From NCBI GenBank assembly GCA_965243285.1, contig OZ251537.1, positions 2,057,019-2,121,018 of the forward strand: a DNA stretch of 64,000 bases, read 5' to 3'. The notes below the pieces were generated by a model that saw only the letters and a program-made list of their open reading frames with translations, did no database searches and was not told the DNA's origin. This document shows, in pieces, positions 49,441 to 58,236 of this stretch. Within the stretch, counting starts at the first letter, position 1, and every line of letters starts with the position of its first letter. The translations under genes were made by a program, and so were the position numbers. Source of the stretch: Candidatus Poriferihabitaceae bacterium (lineage in GTDB: Bacteria; Pseudomonadota; Gammaproteobacteria; Arenicellales; Poriferihabitantaceae).

Positions 49441-50454
49441 ATGCCCAAATATCGCCTCTCGCCCGGCCCGCTCACCCGCCTCGGTTCGGCGTTGGTCCTA
49501 TTTTTCGCCATGACAGCCGCCGTCGCCGCTCCCAAAGTGGCGGTGTCGGTGTTGCCGGTGCACTCGCTGGTGTGGGCGCTGATGCAAGGCGTCGGGCCGC
49601 CGCAGTTACTGATGCAAGGCGGGCAGTCGCCGCATGATAGCTCGCTGAAACCGTCGCAACTCCGCGCCATTGATGATGCGGATTTAATCGTCTGGATTGG
49701 CCCCAGTTTCGAGCACGCCATGGCCAAACCCATCGCCGCTAAAAAGGGCGAGGCACGCGTGATGACTTTGTTAGACAATGAAAATATGCGGCGCTTGAAA
49801 ACCCGTCCAAGCGGCATCTGGAATCAGCCTGCAGGCGGCGCGTATGTCACCCATACTGATTCGCATGATTCGCATGAGCATGGCGCGGCGCAAAATTCTG
49901 CAACGAAAAACCACGCGCCAGCCGACCCGCATTTATGGTTGTCCATCCACAATGCCGACGCCATCGCCCGCCAGGTGGCGCGTCAACTGCAACGCATCGA
50001 CCCGGCGAATCACGCGCGGTATGAACATAATTTGCAGGCGTTGATTGTAGACTTGGCGGATTTCAAAGCGGCGTCGGTGAATCGATTCCAGCGCATCGCT
50101 CAGCGCTATGCGCATGGCAAAAACGGCGCCCCCTATGTGGTTTTTCACGATGCCTATCAATATTTCGAGCATGAATTTGGCGTACGCCCAGCCGCAGCGC
50201 TGACCGCCGCCGCCGAGCATAAGCCCGGCGCCAGACGCGTCAGCGCCATCAAAAAACTCATCCAAACCGGCCCGATTGATTGCGTTTTCAGCGAGCCGCA
50301 ATTCTCACCGGCGCTGGTGGAGGTGTTGCTCGGCGACAGCGCCGCAGCCGCCGCCGTGTTGGACCCATTGGGGGCAAGTTTGAGGCCGGGGCCGGCCGCA
50401 TGGTTTCAATTGATGGATGGAATTCTAACCCCCCTCATCGCTTGCTTGGAATAA
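49441..50454 (+). CDS. znuA: Zinc ABC transporter substrate-binding protein
   Basis: Signal peptide, SPHD, a His/Asp-rich loop (THTDSHDSHEHG...HAPADPHLW) and FHDAY motifs. Confidence 0.9.
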   Translation: MPKYRLSPGPLTRLGSALVLFFAMTAAVAAPKVAVSVLPVHSLVWALMQGVGPPQLLMQGGQSPHDSSLKPSQLRAIDDADLIVWIGPSFEHAMAKPIAAKKGEARVMTLLDNENMRRLKTRPSGIWNQPAGGAYVTHTDSHDSHEHGAAQNSATKNHAPADPHLWLSIHNADAIARQVARQLQRIDPANHARYEHNLQALIVDLADFKAASVNRFQRIAQRYAHGKNGAPYVVFHDAYQYFEHEFGVRPAAALTAAAEHKPGARRVSAIKKLIQTGPIDCVFSEPQFSPALVEVLLGDSAAAAAVLDPLGASLRPGPAAWFQLMDGILTPLIACLE

Positions 50455-50553
50455 AAAAAAGCGCGGCGACATATCCATTTGTCGAGATAAAAACCGGCGA
50501 CATTAAAATTATCAATATCGACATTTTAACCGTCGACATAAGCCATCCTAACC

Positions 50554-51342
50554 TCACCAATGATTTCGCAACTCGCGCAGTTTTAGAAACACTGCTTCCA
50601 TGTCAGGGTGGGTGGCTAAGTCGGGGAATTGGTCGCGCAAGCGCTCGATCACCTCGGGGTTTGTCAAACGAAAAAAGGTGTTGATTTGCCGCTCTTGCCC
50701 GACCGTGGTTACATGCGCATGATTCGGATCTTGGGCCGCGGCCATCTCTAACATGGCAGCGGCGGCGGCGTTGCCGGGTTCGCGGTCGAGGGTAAAACGC
50801 AGGTTGCTTTCCAGATAATCATGGCCCGGATAGATGCGGGTGTGGTCGGGCAAGGTGGACAGTTGCTCGATAAAGGTGCGATATAGCGCCGCCGGATGGC
50901 CGCCGTTGTGGCAGTTGCCGGCGCCGGCGTTGAACAGCGTGTCGCCGCAAAATAACGCCGGCGCATCGCCCTCGGCCAGCAGGCAAACATGGCTCATGGT
51001 GTGGCCCGGCGTGTCCAACGCGGTCAGCCGCACGGCGCCGAATTCGATCACATCGCCGGCCGCCAGAGCGCGATCCATGCCGCTTATCGCCGGCGCGGCC
51101 GCCGCATGCGCCATAATTTTCGCCCCCGTCGCCGCCACCACCGCATCATTACCGCCGATGTGGTCGGCGTGCTCATGGGTATTCACCACCCGCGTAATCT
51201 CCCAGCCACGCTGACGCGCCAACGCCAAACATTTTTGATGATCCAACGGGTCGATGGCCAAGGCTTCACCGCTGTGCGGGCAGGCCAGCAAATAGTTAAA
51301 ATTGCGCAACGAATTACCAGTCCAAATTTGCTCAACTATCAT
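50554..51342 (-). CDS. gloB: Hydroxyacylglutathione hydrolase (metallo-beta-lactamase fold)
   Basis: NTHEHADHIGGN (HxHxDH), LDTPGHT and GDTLF motifs. The start is set at MIVEQIW (51342). Confidence 0.8.
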   Translation of the reverse strand: MIVEQIWTGNSLRNFNYLLACPHSGEALAIDPLDHQKCLALARQRGWEITRVVNTHEHADHIGGNDAVVAATGAKIMAHAAAAPAISGMDRALAAGDVIEFGAVRLTALDTPGHTMSHVCLLAEGDAPALFCGDTLFNAGAGNCHNGGHPAALYRTFIEQLSTLPDHTRIYPGHDYLESNLRFTLDREPGNAAAAAMLEMAAAQDPNHAHVTTVGQERQINTFFRLTNPEVIERLRDQFPDLATHPDMEAVFLKLRELRNHW

Positions 51343-51551
51343 GCCAAAACTCCTCGCCGTGGATGAAAAAATGTCAAAAAAACGCGCCGCAACACGCCGC
51401 CCATAAATGCCGAGCGACCGCGCCCAATCGAGATGAGTATACTCCACCCCAGCGGCCGGAGAAGTGCAAACCCGCCGGCGATAGGCTTATACTTAAACCC
51501 CCCGCCGTTTTGATTTTTGGCGGCGACGGCTAACGATTCGAGCGCAGACCG

Positions 51552-52172
51552 ATGGATAAAGAACGTTTTTGTAAAGTGTGGGCGCGCAGCGGCGGCGCGC
51601 GCGGCGAGGCGATTTTTGCCGAGATGGCGACGCGTTATGACGAGCCGCATCGCTACTATCATCGCAGCCGGCATATCGACGACTGCCTGTCGCGGATGGA
51701 CCGCGCTACGCCGACGCTGGGGGCATCCGATAGTGTCGAACTCGCCATCTGGTTTCATGATGTGGTGTACGACATTGGCGCCGCCGATAACGAACGTCGC
51801 AGTGCCGATTGGTTTGCCGAGCGCGCCGCTGGTGCGTTGGCGCCGGCGCTAATTGACGAGGTGGACGGCTACATTATGAGCACCACGCACCGCGAGGCGC
51901 CGCCGACTGATGGCGCGAAATTCGTAGTCGATGTGGACCTAAGCGGGTTGGGTATGTCGCCACAGATGTTCTGGCGCGACGGCGACAACATCCGCCTTGA
52001 ATGCGGCGCCTTGAGCGATGCCCAATACGCCCACGGACAAGGCAAATTTTTGCGCATGTTGTTGCAGCGCGAGCGCATTTTTCACACGCCTTTTTTCCAC
52101 GATTGGTGCGAAGCCCAAGCGCGTCGCAACATCGAAGAGGCGTTGACGCATTACGCGCGGATAGCGGAGTAA
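51552..52172 (+). CDS. Conserved hypothetical protein, possibly an HD-superfamily hydrolase
   Basis: 206 aa, GC-rich. YHRSRHIDDC...AIWFHDVVYD suggests an H..HD metal site. Recognition is weak. Confidence 0.4.
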   Translation: MDKERFCKVWARSGGARGEAIFAEMATRYDEPHRYYHRSRHIDDCLSRMDRATPTLGASDSVELAIWFHDVVYDIGAADNERRSADWFAERAAGALAPALIDEVDGYIMSTTHREAPPTDGAKFVVDVDLSGLGMSPQMFWRDGDNIRLECGALSDAQYAHGQGKFLRMLLQRERIFHTPFFHDWCEAQARRNIEEALTHYARIAE

Positions 52173-52314
52173 ATCAGCGCCGCCGAATCGCCGCCGACGG
52201 TTGATAGCCATCAAAGTGGCGGCTCATCGACACCATGCGCGCGGTTTATTACCATTAATATATCGCTATGGTGTGCTAGGGATTAACCCAGCGGCGGTAG
52301 GTTGATTATTAATA

Positions 52315-52464
52315 GGGGATTTATAGTCCTAAATATGCAGTTCGATTGGCGTTTTTTTGAGGTCAGCGACTGATTTAGGGGGCTGCGGTTGTTTTTTGCT
52401 TTTGCTTTGGTTTTTGATTTTGCTTTTGGCTTTTGCTGTTAACGTTTTACTCCCCCCCGCTTCA
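52315..52464. repeat. Modular element, copy 8a: left arm, truncated inside the core by the methyltransferase-HNH cassette
   Basis: The 72 nt end module ggggatttatagtcctaaatatgcagttcgattggcgtttttttgaggtcagcgactgatttagggggctgcg is the inverse of 30035-30106 with 2 mismatches. The core breaks off after actcccccccgcttca. Confidence 0.8.
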
Positions 52465-52543
52465 GAGGGTGTGCGAAAAGCCACCTTGTTTGATATTTTA
52501 CTCTGAAATCATTTATCAAAAAAGGTACAATAGGCGCTTACAA

Positions 52544-52590
52544 CATTCCATCGATGCATTCCATTGATGCATTTTATTGATGCATTCAAT
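52544..52590. repeat. 13 bp x about 3.5 tandem repeat (CATTCCATYGATG) containing ATGCAT/ATCGAT palindromes
   Basis: cattccatcgatg / cattccattgatg / cattttattgatg / cattcaatc. It lies in the 300 bp untranslated stretch 3' of the methyltransferase-HNH gene. Confidence 0.8.
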
Positions 52591-52767
52591 CACTTGCCAT
52601 CAAAATATTATCATGCCTTCCACAAAATCATACACCGCGCATCTATCTACGCAGTGCAGTATGTTCAATAGCATGCCGCAAGTTGCCAAGAAGGCGATGA
52701 CTCTTGCTGCCAACGGTAGAAAATTTATAACCGGCGAGCCTAATAAATTGTACTATGGATGGCTACA

Positions 52768-54156
52768 TTACTCATCGCTTTTCCCCCACGCCGCGGCGTG
52801 TTCATTAATAATATCTTGGCGGCGCTGTATCTGTTCTTCAGTTAACTTCCCCCATAAAAAATGCATATCCTTATCGCCCTTCTTGCTATTACAGGCACGG
52901 CATAGCAACTGTAAATTCTCCATAACATCGCGCCCGCCTTTGGCTCTGGCTAATTTGTGGTCGACTTCTAAATCATCCTCCATCTTTTGCTCTAAACACC
53001 CTTTGCAAATAGGCTGCTTACCCTTACGGTAAAACTCTTGCAATAAATTCTGTTTGGCATCCTTTATAGACACCTTTTCATACCCCAATTCATCCGCCCG
53101 TTTTGGCAAGGGTTTTGGTTTTTTTACCTTTGCTTTGGCGGGTTTATTAGTATCAAAGCGATAGTTATCGAATGGGCTTGCCTCTATTCGGTCGTGCAAT
53201 ATCTCAATCGCCTTCTCATTTTGGTCGATGCCAATCCATTGCCTATCTAACGCCGCCGCCGCCATGCAAGTAGTCGCGCATCCGCAAAACGGGTCTAAAA
53301 CTAAATCCCCCTCATTGCTACTAGCCTTAATTATGCGATTTAACAGGGCGAGCGGTTTTTGGGTTTGATAGGGGGTTTTTTCTCGATGATTGGTTAAAGC
53401 CGCAATATCAACCCACCACGATTCGGGAATTTTACCGCCGCCGAATTTAGTATCCACTTGCGTATGGTTTCGGCGATTTTTGATGTCCACGGAAGCGGCG
53501 ATACAACTACTTTCGCCCTCCACACGCCCCCGCCTGGCAAGAGTTTCTGAGCTATACGGAACGCGCACGGCATTGCGGTGGAAAAGTGTTTTTTTAGACT
53601 TAGCGTAAAAGAAAATAGTGTCGTGTTTTCGCGGGAATTGCATACGGACATTACCGGGGCCGGTATAACACCAAACAATTTCATTCCTAAAATTGTTCTT
53701 GCCAAACACACAATCAAGCACCATTCTCAAATAAAAATTGGCACTATGGTCACAATGTAAATACAGTGAACCCGTAGATTTTAGCAACCGATGCATCTGC
53801 ACAATCCGCGATGCCATAAAGGCCAAATAATTATGCATTGACCGACTATGCATATCCTCTGCCAACACAATCATCTGCCACATATCCGGGTATGCAAACT
53901 TCAGATTCAGCGCATGGGCATAATCCACATCCTTTTTGCTCCATGTATCATCAAACGAATGGGCTGGCGTTTTACCCTTGCGCAAAATATCACTCTTAAA
54001 CGGCGGATCAGTGTAGATTAAATCCACCATGTTTGATTCCATACCCATCATAATCGGCAGATTATCACCGATATAAAGGGTTTTCTCATACTCCGCCGGC
54101 CCACTTATGCCACCAACTCCGCGTAGGTTAGCCTTTTGACTTGTTTTATCAATCAT
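52768..54156 (-). CDS. Beta-class DNA methyltransferase fused to a C-terminal HNH nuclease domain
   Basis: Motif IV LIYTDPPF comes before motif I LVLDPFCGCATT. The C-terminus CKGC..LEVDHKLARAKGGRDVMENLQLLCRACNSKKG is an HNH (CxxC...H..N...CxxC) motif. It is AT-rich. The ATG at 54156 is preferred; the track GTG is at 54174. Confidence 0.8.
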   Translation of the reverse strand: MIDKTSQKANLRGVGGISGPAEYEKTLYIGDNLPIMMGMESNMVDLIYTDPPFKSDILRKGKTPAHSFDDTWSKKDVDYAHALNLKFAYPDMWQMIVLAEDMHSRSMHNYLAFMASRIVQMHRLLKSTGSLYLHCDHSANFYLRMVLDCVFGKNNFRNEIVWCYTGPGNVRMQFPRKHDTIFFYAKSKKTLFHRNAVRVPYSSETLARRGRVEGESSCIAASVDIKNRRNHTQVDTKFGGGKIPESWWVDIAALTNHREKTPYQTQKPLALLNRIIKASSNEGDLVLDPFCGCATTCMAAAALDRQWIGIDQNEKAIEILHDRIEASPFDNYRFDTNKPAKAKVKKPKPLPKRADELGYEKVSIKDAKQNLLQEFYRKGKQPICKGCLEQKMEDDLEVDHKLARAKGGRDVMENLQLLCRACNSKKGDKDMHFLWGKLTEEQIQRRQDIINEHAAAWGKSDE

Positions 54157-54221
54157 TCCGCTATTATTACACACCCTAAAACCTCATGCAAGCAATGGGT
54201 CAACAACCATATAATTCCCAA

Positions 54222-54570
54222 ACAAAAGCCAAAGCCAAAGCCAAAAGCCAAAAGCCAAAGCCAAAGCCAAAGCCAAAAGCCAAAAGCCAAAGCCAAAAGC
54301 CAAAAGCCAAAGCCAAAAGCCAAAAGCCAAAGCCAAAAGCCAAAAGCCAAAGCCAAAAGCCAAAAGCCAAAGCCAAAATCAAAAGCGACAATCAAAAGCG
54401 ACAATCAAAAGCCGAGTCAAAATCAAAATCAAAAAGCCCCCCACCAAAACTGGTGATGAAGCCGCCAGTTTTGACTCCCCCTCATGGTGAAGCGGGGGGA
54501 GTGAAGATTAAAAGCCAAAAGCCAAAAGCCAAAATCAAAACCACCGTGCAAATTTAGATATATAAATCCC
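54222..54570. repeat. Modular element, copy 8b: right arm with terminal inverted repeat
   Basis: About 200 bp of GCCAAAA/GCCAAAG repeats. Inverted core at about 54435-54510. Right end ccaccgtgcaaatttagatatataaatccc. Confidence 0.85.
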
Positions 54571-54612
54571 ATTAATAGGTTTGCCCTCCAAACGCTGGCT
54601 GCGATGGCGGGA

Positions 54613-55212
54613 TTAATCCGCCGGCGGTTCGTTCCATGGGCAATTCAGGCGCGCCAGGCGCAGTTTTCCGCCGGCATCGAAGCGAAAAATATGCGGCAAG
54701 GTCCAGTCGATTTTTTGGTTGAAATCGGCCGCCATATCCCAGTCGCAGGCGGCGCTCAACACGCTACGAATCACCCCCTTGTGAGTGACCGCTAACGCCG
54801 CCGGGTGCGCCGCCGCGGTCGCGCTAAGCCATGGCAACAACCGCCGCCGCACCATGCGCGCGCTTTCCCCGCCCGGCGGGGTGAAATCCAGCCCGCGATT
54901 TGGCATCAACACCAGCGCATGAATGCGTGCCTCGAGAGTGCTGCGATGCAGGCCTTCAAAATCCCCCCAATTCGCTTCGATGAGGGCGGCGCAGCTAAGC
55001 GCTGGCGCATCGGGGTTGAGCAGGGCGGCGGTGTGCGCGGCGCGGCGCAATGGGCTGGCGTGCCAGCGGGCGCGCAAAAAGCCATCGGCGGGGTGGGTTT
55101 GGCGCAATGTTTCGGCGCCGGCGGCGCTCAATTCGGTGTCGGTGCGTCCCTGAATCAAACCGCGCTGATTCCACTCGGTGACGCCGTGGCGCAACAACGC
55201 TATCCAAGCCAT
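54613..55212 (-). CDS. Histidine phosphatase family protein (phosphoglycerate mutase / CobC-like)
   Basis: N-terminal LLRHGVTEWN (RHG catalytic motif). 199 aa. Confidence 0.75.
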   Translation of the reverse strand: MAWIALLRHGVTEWNQRGLIQGRTDTELSAAGAETLRQTHPADGFLRARWHASPLRRAAHTAALLNPDAPALSCAALIEANWGDFEGLHRSTLEARIHALVLMPNRGLDFTPPGGESARMVRRRLLPWLSATAAAHPAALAVTHKGVIRSVLSAACDWDMAADFNQKIDWTLPHIFRFDAGGKLRLARLNCPWNEPPAD

Positions 55213-55267
55213 ATTGGCGAAATCATGTTATCTGAATGACGCCATCCAAGGGCGAAATCACGCGCAT

Positions 55268-56014
55268 TCAGCCGCGTATAAACCGCGTGATCCAGCGAAA
55301 AATTTGCGCAGAATCTAAATCCATCCGTAGCGATTCCATAGCGCGCTTGCGTACTTCAACGCCGATGGTATCTTTGCGGCTGTCGATGCGAAAGGCGCAG
55401 AAATCTTTATCGAATTCCGGGTGCCCTTGAATGCCGAGCATGATGTCGTCGGCGATGAACATGCTAATCGGGCAGAAATCATTGGTGGCGATAACGCGAC
55501 AACCGGGCGGCAACAGCGCCACTTGGTCTTGATGAATGACGACTAAGTTGTAGTGGCTCGGCGCCGGCGCCGCGCCGTTTTTCATCCACGCTTGCGGCGC
55601 GGTGATGCGCGTGCTGTGAATGCCCACCCCCCAGCCGTCCTCGGCCTTGCGTGTCTCGCCGCCCAAGGCGTGGGCGATGAGTTGGTGGCCGAAACAGATG
55701 CCCACGGTCTTGGTGCGCTGCGCATAACAACGCCGCACAAAATCCTGTAAGTCGAGAATCCATGCCGATGCATCATAAACCGCATGGCGCGAGCCGGAAA
55801 TCAAATACGCATCGAATGCATCCGGCGAATCCGGCAACTCGCCATGCTGGCAGCGAAACGGCGTGAGTCGACAATCGGCATCGGCTGCTGCCATGCCAGC
55901 GCTGAACATATTAGTGTACGAGCCGTAGCGGGGTTGGGCGGCTTTATCGACATCGTCGCACAACAACAAACCGACTCGGCGTTTATGATGAGATTTCATC
56001 GCCTCGGGCTTCAT
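55268..56014 (-). CDS. Class I glutamine amidotransferase-like protein
   Basis: The nucleophile elbow GICFGHQLIAHALGG and a distal HPEF motif. Confidence 0.75.
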   Translation of the reverse strand: MKPEAMKSHHKRRVGLLLCDDVDKAAQPRYGSYTNMFSAGMAAADADCRLTPFRCQHGELPDSPDAFDAYLISGSRHAVYDASAWILDLQDFVRRCYAQRTKTVGICFGHQLIAHALGGETRKAEDGWGVGIHSTRITAPQAWMKNGAAPAPSHYNLVVIHQDQVALLPPGCRVIATNDFCPISMFIADDIMLGIQGHPEFDKDFCAFRIDSRKDTIGVEVRKRAMESLRMDLDSAQIFRWITRFIRG

Positions 56015-56138
56015 CGCAAGTTATCGCCGGTGGGGTAGAATCCAAGCACGGCATGTTATCAGCAAAAAACCTACCCAATAAACCGTGGCCATTAATCATG
56101 ACCGGCCCGGCCACCAATTTTTACGAGCCAGTTAACCC

Positions 56139-57020
56139 ATGGACATATTAAAAGGCAGCCTAGTCGCATTAATTACGCCGATGCACGAAGACGGCGCCGT
56201 GGATTGGGAAAATCTACGCAAGTTGGTGGATTTTCACGCCGCCAGCGGCACCGATGGCATCGTCTCCGTCGGCACTTCCGGCGAATCCGCCACCCTCGAT
56301 GTGGACGAGCAAATCGAGGTGGTGCGGCGCACCGTCGACATGGCGGCCGGACGGCTTGCGGTCATCGCCGGCAGCGGCGCCAATTCCACCTCAGAGGCGG
56401 TGGAACTCACCACCCGCGCCGCAAAAACCGGCGTCAGCGCTTGCCTGCTGGTGGTGCCGTATTACAACAAACCGACCCAGCACGGGCTGTATCAGCACTT
56501 TTGCCGCATCGCCGAGAGCGTCGATGTGGGGCAAATTTTATACAATGTGCCATCGCGCACCGCCCTCGATATGGACAACGACACGGTCGTAAAACTGGCG
56601 AAAATCCCCAACATCATCGGCCTCAAAGACGCCACTGGCGACATTAATCGCGTGGCTGATTTACGCGCCCGTTGCGGCGCCGATTTCGCGCTTTATTCCG
56701 GCGATGACGCCACCACGCTGGCGTTTATCCAAGCCGGCGGCGATGGCTGCATCTCGGTCACCGCCAATGTGGCCGCGCAGAAAATGCGCGCCATGTGCCA
56801 TTGCGCGTTAGCTGGCGACGCCGCCACCGCCGCGCGCTTAAACCAGCAATTGGACGACTTGCACGCCGCCTTGTTTGTGGAATCCAACCCCATTCCGGCG
56901 AAATGGGCGCTGGCAAAATTAGGCATGGCGGCGCCCGGCATTCGCCTACCGCTGACCTGGCTATCGGCGCAACATCACGCCGTTGTCGAAGCCGCCATGC
57001 GGCGCGCCGAAGTACTTTAA
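56139..57020 (+). CDS. dapA: 4-hydroxy-tetrahydrodipicolinate synthase
   Basis: GSLVALITPM, VGTSGESATL, GANST.EA and PYYNKPTQ.GLYQHF parallel E. coli DapA. Confidence 0.95.
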   Translation: MDILKGSLVALITPMHEDGAVDWENLRKLVDFHAASGTDGIVSVGTSGESATLDVDEQIEVVRRTVDMAAGRLAVIAGSGANSTSEAVELTTRAAKTGVSACLLVVPYYNKPTQHGLYQHFCRIAESVDVGQILYNVPSRTALDMDNDTVVKLAKIPNIIGLKDATGDINRVADLRARCGADFALYSGDDATTLAFIQAGGDGCISVTANVAAQKMRAMCHCALAGDAATAARLNQQLDDLHAALFVESNPIPAKWALAKLGMAAPGIRLPLTWLSAQHHAVVEAAMRRAEVL

Positions 57021-57036
57021 GGCGCTATTTTATCGA

Positions 57037-57957
57037 CTATTGTCGCGGTGCGTTTTGGCGCGCGCTACGGCTCCAGCGCGGCGCTAAGCCGAGCGAATAC
57101 AAGGCGATGGCCACCCAAGTGGTGGCGAAAACCAAGCGCTGCCCGCCGCTGATATTTTCGTTATAAATAAGCCAAGCGATAAGAAAATGGCCGATGGGGG
57201 TGATGTACTGCAAGAACCCTAAGGTGTTTAATTGAATGCGGCGGGCGGCGATAACCATCGTAAAAAGCGGTAGCAAAGTGATCAGCCCGGCGGAAAATAA
57301 TAAGCCGAAATCCACCGCTCCACGCGGAAACCAGGCGCCGCCGAGCACCAAAAAAACCACTGCGAAAGGACACAACGCCAGGGTTTCGACAAACAATCCG
57401 GTGGCGGAATCTAAGCGCGACTGCTTGCGCAGCATGCCGTAAGCGCCGAAAGTCACCGCCAGCGTGATGGGGATAATCGGCACGATATCATCGATCAAAA
57501 AAGCCGCCACGAAGCCACCGCCGGCCACCACCATAGCGGCGATTTTTAAGCGGTTGAGATATTCGCCAAAAAACAGCGCGCCGAAAATCATGCTAACCAC
57601 CGGCAATAAAAAATAACCGAGGCTAGATTCGAGCACCCGTCCGGTGTTCACCGCAACAATAAAACAATACCAATTAATACTTAAAAACCCAGCGCTCAAT
57701 AATGCATGTTTCAAACACCCCGGTGCCCACATCGCCCGCCACGCGTGTTGCAATCGCGAAGTGGCCGCAAAAGCTGCCAGCAAAATCACAAAGGACCAAA
57801 GAATTCGATGCGCCAACACCTCAGCTGCGCCAAACCCCGCCAACTGCTTGAAAAACAACGGATAAACCCCCCAAGCAGAAAACGCCACCACGGCGCTGAC
57901 ATACCCAAGCCGCTCACCGCGCGCAAAAAAATCAAAACCCATCATTTGGTCATTCAA
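57037..57957 (-). CDS. rarD: EamA-family transporter RarD
   Basis: 10-TM EamA repeat. HRILWSF, ESSLGYF..P and TLGFLQYI.P parallel E. coli RarD. Confidence 0.8.
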   Translation of the reverse strand: MNDQMMGFDFFARGERLGYVSAVVAFSAWGVYPLFFKQLAGFGAAEVLAHRILWSFVILLAAFAATSRLQHAWRAMWAPGCLKHALLSAGFLSINWYCFIVAVNTGRVLESSLGYFLLPVVSMIFGALFFGEYLNRLKIAAMVVAGGGFVAAFLIDDIVPIIPITLAVTFGAYGMLRKQSRLDSATGLFVETLALCPFAVVFLVLGGAWFPRGAVDFGLLFSAGLITLLPLFTMVIAARRIQLNTLGFLQYITPIGHFLIAWLIYNENISGGQRLVFATTWVAIALYSLGLAPRWSRSARQNAPRQ

Positions 57958-58045
57958 GCAGCAAAAAACAGCGCTAAAATATAGCGGATGTTTGCCAGTG
58001 TATCGCCTTAATGGGGAGGGAATACTGCCATCAGATCAATATTTT

Positions 58046-58175
58046 CAAAAATCGCCATACTGGGGCGGCAACACGATGGCCGGCTGTAACGAGAAAGGCG
58101 ACCCGTAGGTCGCCTCCGAATGTTGTAGAATATGTCCTACTTGTTAATCCAAGCACAATATCTACCTGTTCAAGG
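58046..58175 (-). ncRNA. Candidate tracrRNA (anti-repeat, perfect 8 bp hairpin, second hairpin plus T-run)
   Basis: The minus strand reads GAACAGGTAG...AACAAGTAGGACATATTCTACAAC. This is complementary to the crRNA-sense repeat GTTGT...CCTACCTGTT (5 bp, a bulge, then 10/12 bp). AGGCGACC-TACG-GGTCGCCT follows (58096-58115), then GCCAT...ATGGC and TTTTT (ending about 58046). Confidence 0.4.
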
Positions 58176-58236
58176 CGGATACTGACACGGAAACAAACAA
58201 AAAACAACCTCAAAAACACTTTTTTCGGCAAAAAAC

